Below are positions 1 through 10,241 of a stretch of 64,000 bases of DNA, piece by piece; position 1 is the first letter of the stretch; the number at the start of each line of letters is the position of its first letter. The notes below the pieces were generated by a model, which did not search any database, had not been told where the DNA came from, and worked only from the letters and a program-made list of their open reading frames with translations. Made by a program: the position numbers and the translations under genes. Origin of the DNA: an uncultured delta proteobacterium (GTDB lineage: Bacteria > Desulfobacterota > Binatia > UBA9968); contig CAVUZH010000023.1 of assembly GCA_963745835.1 (NCBI GenBank), forward strand, positions 1 to 64,000, given 5' to 3'.

Positions 1-211
1 AGGAGGTTTGGCCCGGCAATCACGCATTGCCACTTTGCGCCTCGGTCCGTTTGAGGTGTCGACTCTCGCACGTGGCGCCCAAACACTCCTCCTCCGTCCG
101 CAGCCAAGTGTACGTGAGATCCTCAGCGTTTCCGGCTTCGATCAAATTATGCCCGTCTACAATAACGAAACGACAGCGCTCGCATTCCTTGGAAAGGCCG
201 AAGGGCGATAA
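1..211 (+). CDS. STAS-domain anti-sigma-factor antagonist, C-terminal part (5' end outside window or frameshifted)
   Basis: LLLRPQPSVREILSVSGFDQIMPVYNNETTAL matches the typical STAS/SpoIIAA C-terminus. Confidence 0.7.
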   Translation, partial: GGLARQSRIATLRLGPFEVSTLARGAQTLLLRPQPSVREILSVSGFDQIMPVYNNETTALAFLGKAEGR

Positions 212-229
212 GATCCTGCGGCATGAATG

Positions 230-1873
230 TCATTTACCGAAGTGGGCCGTGAGATACTCTGACGATCGTTTCCCCATCCTGATTTCTTCCGCCGAGCATA
301 GCCGAAAGTTGCGATCCCCCACTCTTCTTCGGTTCGCGGTTTGTCCAAAAGCACTTTGAGGCTGTGACAGGTCGAGCACCGCTGCAAAACCATCTCCTTG
401 GCCGGAGCGGGCGGAAACTGGTTGATCAAAGTTTGATCTACTTTGAGGTCGACGACTTGCTGGTTTGCTCTTCCCGTGGCGACTATGCCTTCTTTGAACG
501 GATCCAACATCGGAATATTATCGCGGTCGATGATCCTGCCCCTGTAGATCACCTGCTCGATCCTGCGCGTGTTCCGAATATTTTCCAAAGGATTTTGGGA
601 AAGGATGATCAAGTCCGCCGTTTTTCCCGGTTCTATCGTTCCCAATTCCTTTTCTTGTCCCAAATATTCGGCCGCTTTGCGCGATGCCGCCACGATGACA
701 TCCATCGGTTTCATACCGGCTTCCACCAAGAGTTCCATTTCCCGGTGCAAATCCCATCCATAGAACATGCGGTGGGGAGCGCCCGTAGAATCGGTCCCGA
801 CCAGAATGTTGACGCCGAGATCGTAAAGCACTTTGACGGTTTTTCTGCTGCTTTCGAACCGCACCCGCGAGCCTTCCAGGCGCGGGCGCATGCTGGCCAG
901 TACTTTCGGGTCGCGTGCCATGTCGATGTAGCGGCCCGGAACACTTTTTCTGACTTCCGGATCATTGAAGATTTCAGCGTGGTCGAACAATTTGATGGCG
1001 GCTTCGGAATTATTGAGATCCGGCAGCCAGCTCACTTTGTTTTTGGCCATCAGTCGAGCGATATCGCTCTCCGGCGTCAGCGCTTGCACCAGGCCGTGCG
1101 CGACCAGATCCACTCCTGCATTCAGCGAGTCCCTGATATCCGGCAGTTGAATGGCGTGCGTATACACCTTCAAACCGAGCTTGTGCGCTTCATCCGCCAG
1201 AGCTTTGAGCGTCTCGACGGACATTCTCGGATAGCCCAACACGCCGCCGCTTTCCATGATGGTTTTGATTGTGGCGACCTGGTATTCACTGCGGTACCTT
1301 TGCACTTGTTCCACGGCGTCTTTGGGCCCGTCGATCTGGGTGAGAGTTCGCGGATCGATGGCGCGGCCAAGCGCGCGGTTGGTGGGAATCGGGTGTCCGC
1401 CGACCACGGTAAAGGTCGGGCCGGCTTCGAAGATTCGCGGCGCGAAAAGCTTACCTTCGCCCTCGAGTCTCTTCAGTCCCTCTCCATGAATCAGCGTCAC
1501 TCCGGTATCGGAGATGTTGACGACACCGAAGTAAAGGTAGTTCGACAGGGCCTGCGCGGCCGCCTCCAATCCCTGCTGCCCGATATGAGTATCGATATCG
1601 AACAGCGCCGGTATGACGGTTTTGCCCTCGGCACGAATGATCCGGGCATCCTGCGGATAAAACCTCGCCCCTTTTTGAAAGACTTGTTGGATTTTGTCAT
1701 CGGCGATGACGATCACGGTATTTTCGCTGGGAGCACGTCCGGTTCCGTCGATCAACGTCGCGCCTTCGATCACCAGCAGTCTATTGCTCTGTTGCGCCCG
1801 AATAAGCCATGCGCTTCCGAGCAACAGAACCAAGAACCACGGCACTCACCAAAAATTTAAATCGTCTTTTCAT
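230..1873 (-). CDS. Secreted amidohydrolase-family protein with C-terminal monoheme cytochrome c domain (two apparent indels)
   Basis: IEGATLIDGTG, VIPALFDIDTH, VYTHA, VAHG, GTDS and GTIEPGKTADL motifs; CSTCH at 364-378. An alternative frame ends EYLTAHFGK-stop at 230; the signal peptide begins MKRRFKFLV in another frame. Confidence 0.8.
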
Positions 1874-2140
1874 AGTCATCGCGAACTCCCAGGAAAAGAA
1901 CTTTGAAAGCAGCGATAGCCTTCCGCGCATTCCCATTGATGCGATAAAGTCTTCCACGTCCCTGTGGGTTGGCCGGTCATGCCGCAACCATAGCAGATCC
2001 TCTCAAAACCTTGCCATAGTTTTCCTCCCTCTGCGTTGTATGCCCGGCTCCAACGACGACGCTGCGATCGAGCATCGCCTTGCAGCTTTTTGTTCTAGCG
2101 AACCTGCTGTGATAGCTTGCTTGAGTTCTCGGGAGTTCGC

Positions 2141-2407
2141 ATGATTCGTAAATCTTTTTTCAGTGCGGCCGTCGCTATTCTCATGTCGTTCTGCCAGGCT
2201 TCGCCAGCTCACGCTGCCGGGCCGGAGGAGCAGCTGATTGAAGCTGTGAAGGTCGCTCTCGGTAAGAACTTCAATACCGATTGGAGCGGGCTCGACGCGC
2301 TGCGGGGAATCAAATGGGCGCCGCTGCCGCCAACGAGCCTGCAGAACTGTCTGCCGGACGGCGTCATCGGACTTGAGGTTTTTTTCAGAACACAGCGCGA
2401 TGGATAG
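2141..2407 (+). CDS. Short exported hypothetical protein, possibly truncated
   Basis: Signal peptide MIRKSFFSAAVAILMSFCQASPAHA, GGAG RBS upstream. Confidence 0.45.
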   Translation: MIRKSFFSAAVAILMSFCQASPAHAAGPEEQLIEAVKVALGKNFNTDWSGLDALRGIKWAPLPPTSLQNCLPDGVIGLEVFFRTQRDG

Positions 2408-2438
2408 TATTTCCTCTTGAAAACCGCGCCGGCCGATT

Positions 2439-3251
2439 TCAGATGTAGGCGCGCCTCAGCATGTCCGCCGCGGTTTCATCCAGCTGATCGGCGCGCCGGA
2501 CTTCTTCAAAACGCGCCAGCAAATCATTCACTCGCAGCCGCCGCTTATCCGCGCCGCGAAAATCGTGAATGATCCGTCCGCGGTGCATCATGATCAGCCG
2601 ATCACCGAGATTGGCTCCCTGATGCATGGAATGCGTGACCATCAACGTGGTCAACTTTTCCCGGCAGACGATTTCGTCGGTCAGGTGAATGACTTGATCA
2701 GCACTCTTGGGATCCAATGCCGCCGTGTGCTCGTCGAGAAGAAGCAATTTCGGCTTCAGCCAAGTGGCCATGAGCAAGGTCAGCGCCTGCCGCTGCCCGC
2801 CCGAGAGGCTGCCTATAATGTTCCCGAGCCGGTCTTCCAGGCCGAGATTCAACTGCTTCACGCGATCGCGCAAATTTTTCTTGAGCTTGGCTGATAGCGC
2901 CCACCCGAGCCCCCGGCAAAGACCGCGCCGCGTCGCCAGCGCGAAGTTCTCGGCGATGGACATAGAGGCGGCGGTGCCGCTGAAAGGATTTTGGAAGACC
3001 CGACCGATCATTTCTGCCCTGCGGTGCTCCGGCCATCGCGTCACGTCGTGATCGGCGAGTCGAATGGCGCCGGCATCCACCGGGAAGCTGCCCGCAACCG
3101 CGTTGAGCAAGGTCGATTTGCCGGATCCGTTGGTGCCGATCACGATCACCCAGGAACCCTCCTCGATGTTGAGGTCGACACCGCAAAGCGCTTGCACTTC
3201 ATTGGACGTTCCGGGATTGAACGTCTTGCAAACATTTTTGAGCTCAAGCAT
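2439..3251 (-). CDS. ABC transporter ATP-binding protein
   Basis: Walker A GTNGSGKST, LSGGQRQ signature, Walker B LLLLDEH; start MLELKNV overlaps the permease end. Confidence 0.93.
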   Translation of the reverse strand: MLELKNVCKTFNPGTSNEVQALCGVDLNIEEGSWVIVIGTNGSGKSTLLNAVAGSFPVDAGAIRLADHDVTRWPEHRRAEMIGRVFQNPFSGTAASMSIAENFALATRRGLCRGLGWALSAKLKKNLRDRVKQLNLGLEDRLGNIIGSLSGGQRQALTLLMATWLKPKLLLLDEHTAALDPKSADQVIHLTDEIVCREKLTTLMVTHSMHQGANLGDRLIMMHRGRIIHDFRGADKRRLRVNDLLARFEEVRRADQLDETAADMLRRAYI

Positions 3252-4215
3252 TGAGCACCGATTCCGGCTGCGCTCCCGCAACCGGCTTGAGGGCGTTCGG
3301 CTTTTTTTCAAACCTGGTCAAAATCCGCGGCAGGACCAGCGCCACGAAAACAAAGGCGGCGGTGATCAGTTTGAGATCGTTGGGATCGAGCCCCCAACGC
3401 AGAGCGATGGCGACCAGCAAGCGGAAGAGAACCGATCCCATGACGGCGCCGGTGAAGGCCAGTCCCAAACTTCCCGGTCCAACCAAGGCTTCGCCGATGA
3501 TGACGCTGGCGAGTCCCCAGACTACCATGCCGATACCCATCTGAACATCGGCAAATCCCTGGTATTGCGCCAACAGCGCTCCCGATAGCGCGACCAAGCC
3601 GTTGGAGATCGCCACGCCGAGGACAGTCATGCTTTCCACGTTCGCTCCGAGCGCGCGGATCATCTGAGAATTGTCGCCGGTCGCCCTCATGGCGGTGCCC
3701 AGATTGGTGCGAAAAAAAAGATAAAGCCCGAGCCCGATAAGAGCGACAATGGCAAAGGCCATCAGCAACATCGAAATGTCGCGCATGCTGACCAGCCAGC
3801 CGCCGAGGTTGATATCGCCGGTGGAGCCTAGCACCAGGGCGCCCGCCCGTTCGGCGTAGGTCCCCATAGTACTTTCGGAAAGCAAGGGCACGTTGCTCTT
3901 ACCCATGACATGAAGATTGACGGAATAAAGCGCCGTCATCACGAGAATGCCGGCAAGCAGCGCCTGGATTTTGAAATAAGTATTAAGGAAACCGGTGATC
4001 GTGCCCGCCAGCACCCCTCCGGCAAAGGCGGCCGCAGTGGCCCAAAACGGATCGACGCCTTGGACGAGCAGCACGGCGCAAAGCGCCGCGCCAAAAGTAA
4101 TCGACCCGTCGGCGGTGATATCCGGGAAGTGAAAGATGCGAAAGGTGATAAAGACACCGAGAGCGAGCAGCGACAAAATCAAGCCGATGGTCAAGGCGCC
4201 GATCAGTAATGCCAT
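3244..4215 (-). CDS. ABC transporter permease (putative Trp/Tyr-type importer family)
   Basis: Multiple TM segments; FPDITADGS, GTAMRATGDN and QYQGFADVQMGIG motifs. Confidence 0.9.
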   Translation of the reverse strand: MALLIGALTIGLILSLLALGVFITFRIFHFPDITADGSITFGAALCAVLLVQGVDPFWATAAAFAGGVLAGTITGFLNTYFKIQALLAGILVMTALYSVNLHVMGKSNVPLLSESTMGTYAERAGALVLGSTGDINLGGWLVSMRDISMLLMAFAIVALIGLGLYLFFRTNLGTAMRATGDNSQMIRALGANVESMTVLGVAISNGLVALSGALLAQYQGFADVQMGIGMVVWGLASVIIGEALVGPGSLGLAFTGAVMGSVLFRLLVAIALRWGLDPNDLKLITAAFVFVALVLPRILTRFEKKPNALKPVAGAQPESVLNA

Positions 4216-4218
4216 GGG

Positions 4219-5457
4219 TCATTTCTCCGCGGAAATTTTCGTAATCGAGCCGATCCAGCAGACGCCGCGAAAGAATTCACTCTGGCCGGCGCCCGATTCA
4301 CGTTCGTCGTTGAGCAAGTGCAGGACCCCCTCCAGGTTCTCGACTTCGAACAACCTTCTGGCGGCCTCCTTGAGATTCGTTTCGCCTTTTTTGAGCGGAT
4401 GGTAGGAAAACGACGCGGCGTGAAAGTGACCGGCGAGGTCGCAGTCCTTCGCCAACGGCCGGACGATGGGATTAAGGCGCGAGCGTCCGTTCGACGTCGC
4501 CACGCCGACCACGAAAGCCACGGATCTCGCGTAGGCGCGCTCGGCGGTAAATGAAAGCCACTGGCGAATCTGCGGGTGCGCGAAAGCGGGCTGCGGCGAT
4601 GCTTCGAGCGCGGGCGAGCGGCGCAGGGCCGCGCCCATGAGACCCGCCGATTCGGCGATCATGGCGACGGCAATGGCATCGCTCCCGGCCGTTTCCCGAC
4701 ACGCTTCGACGATCTCGCGCAAGGTCAATTGCAGGGAATTGTCAGTGCTTTCAAAGTAAACGATTTTTGAAAACTCGCCGTCGCAGGCGAGGCCGTAAAG
4801 AACTTGCAAGCGTGGCACGAAATCACCGGTGGACAGAATATAATCGGGAACATTGCTGCCATCCGTCGGCAGGTACGCCGCAACGCCGGCTGCCGCCAAA
4901 AATTCGCCAAACCGGCACTGGCAGTCCTCGAAATTTTTGCCGAAGGCGGCCAGGCCGATTCCCAGCGTTTCTTGACCGAACGGCAACTCCTGACAATGCT
5001 CTTTGTGGAATTGACATCCCGCCAGCAGCTCGGGAGAGCCGATGACGCGCGCGGTCATGATACCGGGGCGGCTTTCGAGAATCTCAAAGCGCGCGTTGCC
5101 GCGGATGAAATTCTCCGCTTGCGCAAGCGCGGCGACCTGAACGTCGCCGGTGGACGCTTTCTCAAACAGCAGGTCGGCCAGGCCGGTCAATTCCAACACG
5201 GACCGCACCGCTTCGGATGGTTCCGATACTGTAAAGGTCCCGCGGATCTCTTGGAGTTGTTTATAGCTCTGGAACAACACCCGGATGCCGGCGGAGCTAA
5301 CGTACTCCACCTCTTTCGTATTGAGACGGATAGAGCGCGCTCCCTCGCGCAACACCTCGGCTATTTCATTGCCCAAATGCCCGGCCCAATAGGCATCGAG
5401 CCTGCCTTTGGCTTTTAACTCGAAAGTGTCGTCCAACCGCTGTCGGGTAATTTCCAT
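4219..5457 (-). CDS. STAS-domain protein with large uncharacterised C-terminal region
   Basis: N-terminal STAS (KGRLDAY...VEYVSSAGIRVL...VRSVLELTGL); about 300 aa C-terminal region with GHFHA motif. Confidence 0.8.
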   Translation of the reverse strand: MEITRQRLDDTFELKAKGRLDAYWAGHLGNEIAEVLREGARSIRLNTKEVEYVSSAGIRVLFQSYKQLQEIRGTFTVSEPSEAVRSVLELTGLADLLFEKASTGDVQVAALAQAENFIRGNARFEILESRPGIMTARVIGSPELLAGCQFHKEHCQELPFGQETLGIGLAAFGKNFEDCQCRFGEFLAAAGVAAYLPTDGSNVPDYILSTGDFVPRLQVLYGLACDGEFSKIVYFESTDNSLQLTLREIVEACRETAGSDAIAVAMIAESAGLMGAALRRSPALEASPQPAFAHPQIRQWLSFTAERAYARSVAFVVGVATSNGRSRLNPIVRPLAKDCDLAGHFHAASFSYHPLKKGETNLKEAARRLFEVENLEGVLHLLNDERESGAGQSEFFRGVCWIGSITKISAEK

Positions 5458-5459
5458 GG

Positions 5460-7445
5460 CTATTGACCGATGACCTCTTCGGCTTTTTTTACGAGGGCGG
5501 ATGGAATCGTCAAGCCGATGTGCCGCGCCGCCTTGGTGTTTATAATTAATTTCGTTTTGCTGTAGGGAATGAACGGAATTTTGCCGGGGTTCTCGCCGCG
5601 CATGACGCGAACGGCCAACAAACCGGCTTCTCTTCCTGCCTCACCATAATCGCGCGCCAAAACGACCGCTGCCCCATGTCGCGCCTGAATCGTTTGAAAC
5701 GCGAAGATCGGCAGTTTCGCTTTGTTGGCCGCCGCGACGATACTCGGAAAAGCCGCCGCCGTGAGGTTTCCAGGAATCTGGCAAATCACATCGATGCGCT
5801 GACTGGTCAAAGCCAGCGCGGCGTCTGCCACGTCGGCACTCGTATTGGCTGCCAGGGCGACGACCTTGAAGTCAAGTTTTCGCGCCGCCTCGTTCAATTG
5901 ATCTCGCTGGTAAACCATGTTGACTTCCGCCGGCACGAACAAAGTTCCCAGCACCCGCGCGTCGGGCCGTATCTGGCGAATCAGTTCGAGCATCTCGGCA
6001 GAAGCGGCGGTGTTGTAGACTCCGGTCACGTTGGGTAGATGATCCTCGTCGCTCCGGCCCGCTCCTGCCGCCACCGCGTTGGACAGATAGGTAAAGACGA
6101 TGGGCTTTCCCGCCGCGCGTTTGAGAGCGGCCTGCAGTGTCGGCGTCGACAGCGTGATCAAGAGATCGGCCCCCTCGGTGATCGCGGCATCCACCAAGCT
6201 GTTCACCGTCGCCATGTCGCCTTGCGCGTTGCGAACGTCGACAGTGTAATCGCGCCCCTCCTTCAGGCCGGATTCCTGTAAGCCCGCGCGCACGCCGGTT
6301 TCCGATTCTTCCACGTCCAGGATGTTGTTGTATTCGATGATTCGCACTTTCCACTTTTTTGCCAGCGGGCCTTGCTTGTTATCGGCCGCCTGGCGCGGCG
6401 CCGCCTTGGTGTGCACTCCGGTTTCGTTCACGAGAATATCCGCGCTGGCAGCGATGTCCTCCGGAATACGCCACGGGTCCTTTAAGCCTCTCACGGCGAG
6501 TTGGTTGACCACCAATCGCCGCGGCGAGAAATCACGCACGGATATCTGGGCCGGATCGGCGCCGCGGATGATATCCACCGCCAATTTTCCCGTGAGTTTA
6601 CCGATTTCGTGAAAATTGGCGCCGAGATCGAGGATCGTACCGCGCTCGGGATCGCCGGGAGAAATACCGAAAACTGGAATGCGCGCTTTTTTCGCGGCGC
6701 TCAGGACCGAGTTCAAGGCAGAAAGAATCGTATTGTCTCCAGGCACCCACAACGCCTCGGCCCCTCGTGAAGCGAGCGAACTGGCCGCTTCAAGGACGCC
6801 CGATGAGTTATCGACATGCGCTTCCAAAAGCTCGATTTGTAATTCCTGCGCAGCCTTGCGCGCCTGGCCGACGAACCCTACGGAATTCGACTCCGCGGGA
6901 TTCCAGGCCACGCCCACCGTTTTGAGGCGCGGAAACATTTGACGCGCGAGCTGAAAAGATTGGTCCACAGGAAGAGGGATCCCGGTTCCGACGAAATGGC
7001 GCGGGTGATCCAACGGAGCATCGCGTCTAAGCCCAACCCCTGCCGCAAAAGGATCGGCTACCAAACCAAAGACGTGCATCGCCTTGCCCTTCGTGTTCGC
7101 CTTGGCCACCGCCTGCATGGCCGGAGTGCTGAAGGTCATGACCATGTCGAATTGGCCGTCGGTGACTTGTCGGGCGATGGCGTTGAGCGTCGCCATATCG
7201 CCTTCGGCGTTGTACTGGCGAAGCGCTATATTCTGCCCGTCAATGAAACCACTCTCGCGCAACGTCTCGAGGGCTCCCTCGAGACCTTCGACGAGCACGG
7301 GTTGAGAGGACAAGAGTACAATCGCGACCTGGGGAATTCGCTGCGCCGCGGGTCGCCGCTGATGCCAGTCCGAAGCAAGCAGGAGCACCGCTGTCAGGGC
7401 AATCAGCGAGAAGCCCAAAGATAATCGCGCAATCACCGAACGCAT
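5460..7445 (-). CDS. ABC substrate-binding protein with two tandem ABC_sub_bind domains
   Basis: Internal duplication (YNAEGDMATLN vs RNAQGDMATVN; TFSTPAMQA vs TLSTPTLQA); N-terminal membrane anchor. Confidence 0.87.
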   Translation of the reverse strand: MRSVIARLSLGFSLIALTAVLLLASDWHQRRPAAQRIPQVAIVLLSSQPVLVEGLEGALETLRESGFIDGQNIALRQYNAEGDMATLNAIARQVTDGQFDMVMTFSTPAMQAVAKANTKGKAMHVFGLVADPFAAGVGLRRDAPLDHPRHFVGTGIPLPVDQSFQLARQMFPRLKTVGVAWNPAESNSVGFVGQARKAAQELQIELLEAHVDNSSGVLEAASSLASRGAEALWVPGDNTILSALNSVLSAAKKARIPVFGISPGDPERGTILDLGANFHEIGKLTGKLAVDIIRGADPAQISVRDFSPRRLVVNQLAVRGLKDPWRIPEDIAASADILVNETGVHTKAAPRQAADNKQGPLAKKWKVRIIEYNNILDVEESETGVRAGLQESGLKEGRDYTVDVRNAQGDMATVNSLVDAAITEGADLLITLSTPTLQAALKRAAGKPIVFTYLSNAVAAGAGRSDEDHLPNVTGVYNTAASAEMLELIRQIRPDARVLGTLFVPAEVNMVYQRDQLNEAARKLDFKVVALAANTSADVADAALALTSQRIDVICQIPGNLTAAAFPSIVAAANKAKLPIFAFQTIQARHGAAVVLARDYGEAGREAGLLAVRVMRGENPGKIPFIPYSKTKLIINTKAARHIGLTIPSALVKKAEEVIGQ

Positions 7446-7490
7446 GAGTCTTTATGTCCATGCTATTTTTTGCCGACTCTGTCAATGAAT

Positions 7491-7597
7491 TAGGCACGAG
7501 GCGAGAGGCAACAGGCAATAGAAATGGTTCAACCGTTCAACTGACGCAAGACGTTCAAGTCGTTCAACCGCTGCGCGGAGCCTGTCCTGAGCAAGGC
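7491..7597. repeat. Composite intergenic repeat: AGGCAA-type heptamers, GTTCAA-type units and a CCTGTCCTGAGC motif
   Basis: taggcac-gaggcga-gaggcaa-caggcaa; 7552-7576 matches 11498-11522 at 24/25 nt. Confidence 0.75.
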
Positions 7598-7779
7598 GCT
7601 GACTAAAAGAGATCTTACGGAAAAGGACGAATATGTTTTCGAGCGTTATGTTGAGAATGAGATTGGCTATCTTCGACTGTTGCAGCGTGCCGCGACGCAT
7701 CGTCTATGCTCAATCGAGCCATTAGGCGAAATAAGCGATTTGAGAATCGTCGCGCCAATATGATTATGAAAGGAGAACG

Positions 7780-7965
7780 ATGCACGAGAGGGAACGGGAA
7801 ATGATGTATCCGTCACGTTTATTTCGCGTCGATCATTTACCCGTTAATGACATGATAAAGTCTGGCTTTATTCTCCAGCGCGACGGTCGTTGGTATGTCG
7901 ATCCGGAACGAAGCGCGACTCTTAACGAATTCATGCAATTGCTTCAGATAAAGGATACGGGATAA
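7780..7965 (+). CDS. Small hypothetical protein (61 aa)
   Basis: Strong RBS AAGGAG before ATG; no family recognised. Confidence 0.4.
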   Translation: MHEREREMMYPSRLFRVDHLPVNDMIKSGFILQRDGRWYVDPERSATLNEFMQLLQIKDTG

Positions 7966-8269
7966 TCAACCGGTCCAAATACGTTCTGACAATAAACGGG
8001 TTCGTCAGGACCCACAAGACACAGCAACATCCCCTTCCAAAGAAGTTCCGAAATAAGAAAAGGGGATAAGTCCAATTTCCAAGCCGGACCGTTATCCTTC
8101 TCTCTATGCCTATGTCCTGATGTCGAATCACTTCCACTCGTTGTTAAAGATGGATCGTTTTTCCGACGGCTGATATTCTACGTATCGTGCGTCGCATGTG
8201 CGCGGTCGGGTTGGCAACTTGAAAGCTGTATCCGGTTTGCCATAGAGAAAAGTAGAGGAGGCCAGATCG

Positions 8270-9121
8270 ATGCCGCTGAATATGCAACCTTTGTCCGACA
8301 GGTTCGGTGTCTCGATTACGGGTGTAGACTTGTCAAAAGAGCTGGACGAAAAACTCTTTGATGAGATTGTCGATGTCTTCGTAAAGAAACAGGTCCTGGT
8401 TTTTCGCAATCAACATATCGAGCCTCAACATCAAGTTGCCTTCAGCCGGAGGTTTGGGCCCCTCGAAATGCTGTATGACGAGGATCAGCGGGTGCCGGGC
8501 TTTCCGGAAGTTGCCATCCTCTCCAATGAGAAGGTCGACGGTAAATTCATCGGCGTCGTCGCGGCCGGCGACTTCTGGCATTCGGACCAATCATACAGAC
8601 GAGAGACTTCGCTCGCGACTCTGCTCTATGCCCATAAGCTGCCCAAGCACGGCGGCGATACGGAGTTCGCCGATATGCATGGCGCCTATGAAAGCCTGCC
8701 CGATGAAATCAAAAAGCGCATCGAGGGGCGCATGGGTATCCATCAGCGCAGCAAGCTGGGCAATCCACGCGTCGCGGTGACCCGAGAGGGCGGCGAGGAA
8801 TATTACCAAAGGCGGACCACGAAGAACGTGCTCCATCCGATTGTCCGGAGCCATCCGATATCGGGTCGCAAGAGTCTTTATGTCTCGCCGCGTTTTACCG
8901 TCGGCATTCAGGACATGGACGACGCTGAGGCACAGCCGCTGCTCGATACATTATTCGCTTACCAGACGGCGCCTGGGAACACGTATCGTCACAAGTGGAA
9001 CCTGGGCGATTTCGTGATGTGGGACAATCGTAGCGTCAATCACCAGGCCTGCGGCGGTTATGCGATGGACGACATTCGCTTGCTTCATCGCACGTCGACA
9101 CAAGGGGACCAGCCATTCTGA
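8270..9121 (+). CDS. TauD/TfdA family Fe(II)/2-oxoglutarate dioxygenase
   Basis: WHSD, HPIVRSHP, WDNRSVNH and LHR motifs; GAGGAGG RBS. Confidence 0.93.
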   Translation: MPLNMQPLSDRFGVSITGVDLSKELDEKLFDEIVDVFVKKQVLVFRNQHIEPQHQVAFSRRFGPLEMLYDEDQRVPGFPEVAILSNEKVDGKFIGVVAAGDFWHSDQSYRRETSLATLLYAHKLPKHGGDTEFADMHGAYESLPDEIKKRIEGRMGIHQRSKLGNPRVAVTREGGEEYYQRRTTKNVLHPIVRSHPISGRKSLYVSPRFTVGIQDMDDAEAQPLLDTLFAYQTAPGNTYRHKWNLGDFVMWDNRSVNHQACGGYAMDDIRLLHRTSTQGDQPF

Positions 9122-9212
9122 TTCAGTGACCTCGCTGAGTTCGTCAGGCGGGGCAGACCTGAGTCTGGACTATACACGGACGGCCGAGCAGCACGGATCG
9201 TGACGCCACCGT

Positions 9213-10241
9213 TTACACTGTCCTCAAATTCATCTGCTCCAGCATCGCTCGACCGAGCAGACCGTAGGGATTGCCGAGTGTCTCGAACATCTCGAAATGG
9301 TTGTAGCCTTCGCCTACGAGAAATTTTATCGGCTTCCCCGCTTTCTTCACCGCCGCGGCGAACTCGCGGTTCTGGCGCTGGAACTCGGGTGTTTCGAGCG
9401 TACCGTGGGCGACGATGATTGGGGCGAGCAGTTTCTCAAGATGACGTTGCGGTGAGAGTTTCTCTATAACTTCCGGGATGAACTTCACGTACTTTGCGCG
9501 CGCCGAGAGACTCACCGGGTAGAGATCATACAACCCGCTGCAGCAGAGCCCTCCCTTTAGAACATCCGCCGGCAATCCGAAATCCTTCTGCCAGTCGGTT
9601 GTGAGAGCAACGGCCGCAAGATGCCCGCCGGACGAGGTCCCCGATATGTAGAGGCGATTAGGGTCGCCGCCAAAGCTCGCGGCATTTTTATGGACCCAAG
9701 CAACGGCGCGCCGCACTTGGTCGGCCATGACCATGAGATTGCCGTCCACCTCGGGCGCATTGTTGAAGTCGACGGAAATGAAATGTGCGCCAGCGTCGAC
9801 AAAGGTCTCCGTCATATAGGCCGCGCCCTTCGCATTCCCGCTCCGCCATGCACCGCCATGGATAAACATATTGATCGGCGCGTTGGCCTGCTTTGTTACA
9901 TAAATGTCGACTTTCTCCATTTCAGTCGAGCCATACGCAATCCGGCGCGGTTGGCCGAGACGAGCTAATGCGGCAGCGCTTTTCTGCGCATTGCGCTTGG
10001 TGATTTCTGCTTGATTGGGCGCCCACGGCGCCTGATCATAAGCCAAGTCGATCTCTTCCTGGTCATAATCGAGAAAGACGAGCGGCCCCTTCGGCTTTGC
10101 CGTCCTTCGCGGCGGCAGATGGGTCTGCATCTGCTGCCCCAGAGCGGCGCTGGAAACCGTTAGAGCTGCCGTAGCCAGCGCCCCGGCGAGCAGCGAGCGC
10201 CGTGTGATTCGGATCGCATCGTTCGCTTCGAAGTTTTTCAT
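9213..10241 (-). CDS. Alpha/beta hydrolase (arylformamidase-like) with Tat signal
   Basis: HGGAW oxyanion loop, GTSSGG nucleophile elbow, NHF catalytic His; TRRSLL; AAGGAGG RBS at the MKNFE start. Confidence 0.87.
   Translation of the reverse strand: MKNFEANDAIRITRRSLLAGALATAALTVSSAALGQQMQTHLPPRRTAKPKGPLVFLDYDQEEIDLAYDQAPWAPNQAEITKRNAQKSAAALARLGQPRRIAYGSTEMEKVDIYVTKQANAPINMFIHGGAWRSGNAKGAAYMTETFVDAGAHFISVDFNNAPEVDGNLMVMADQVRRAVAWVHKNAASFGGDPNRLYISGTSSGGHLAAVALTTDWQKDFGLPADVLKGGLCCSGLYDLYPVSLSARAKYVKFIPEVIEKLSPQRHLEKLLAPIIVAHGTLETPEFQRQNREFAAAVKKAGKPIKFLVGEGYNHFEMFETLGNPYGLLGRAMLEQMNLRTV

Noticed and set aside
364-1860. 498-aa plus-strand ORF and many similar long antisense ORFs (e.g. 4804-5418, 52359-53402, 60358-61275)
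   Set aside because: Shadow ORFs opposite motif-bearing genes in GC-rich DNA; no recognisable domains
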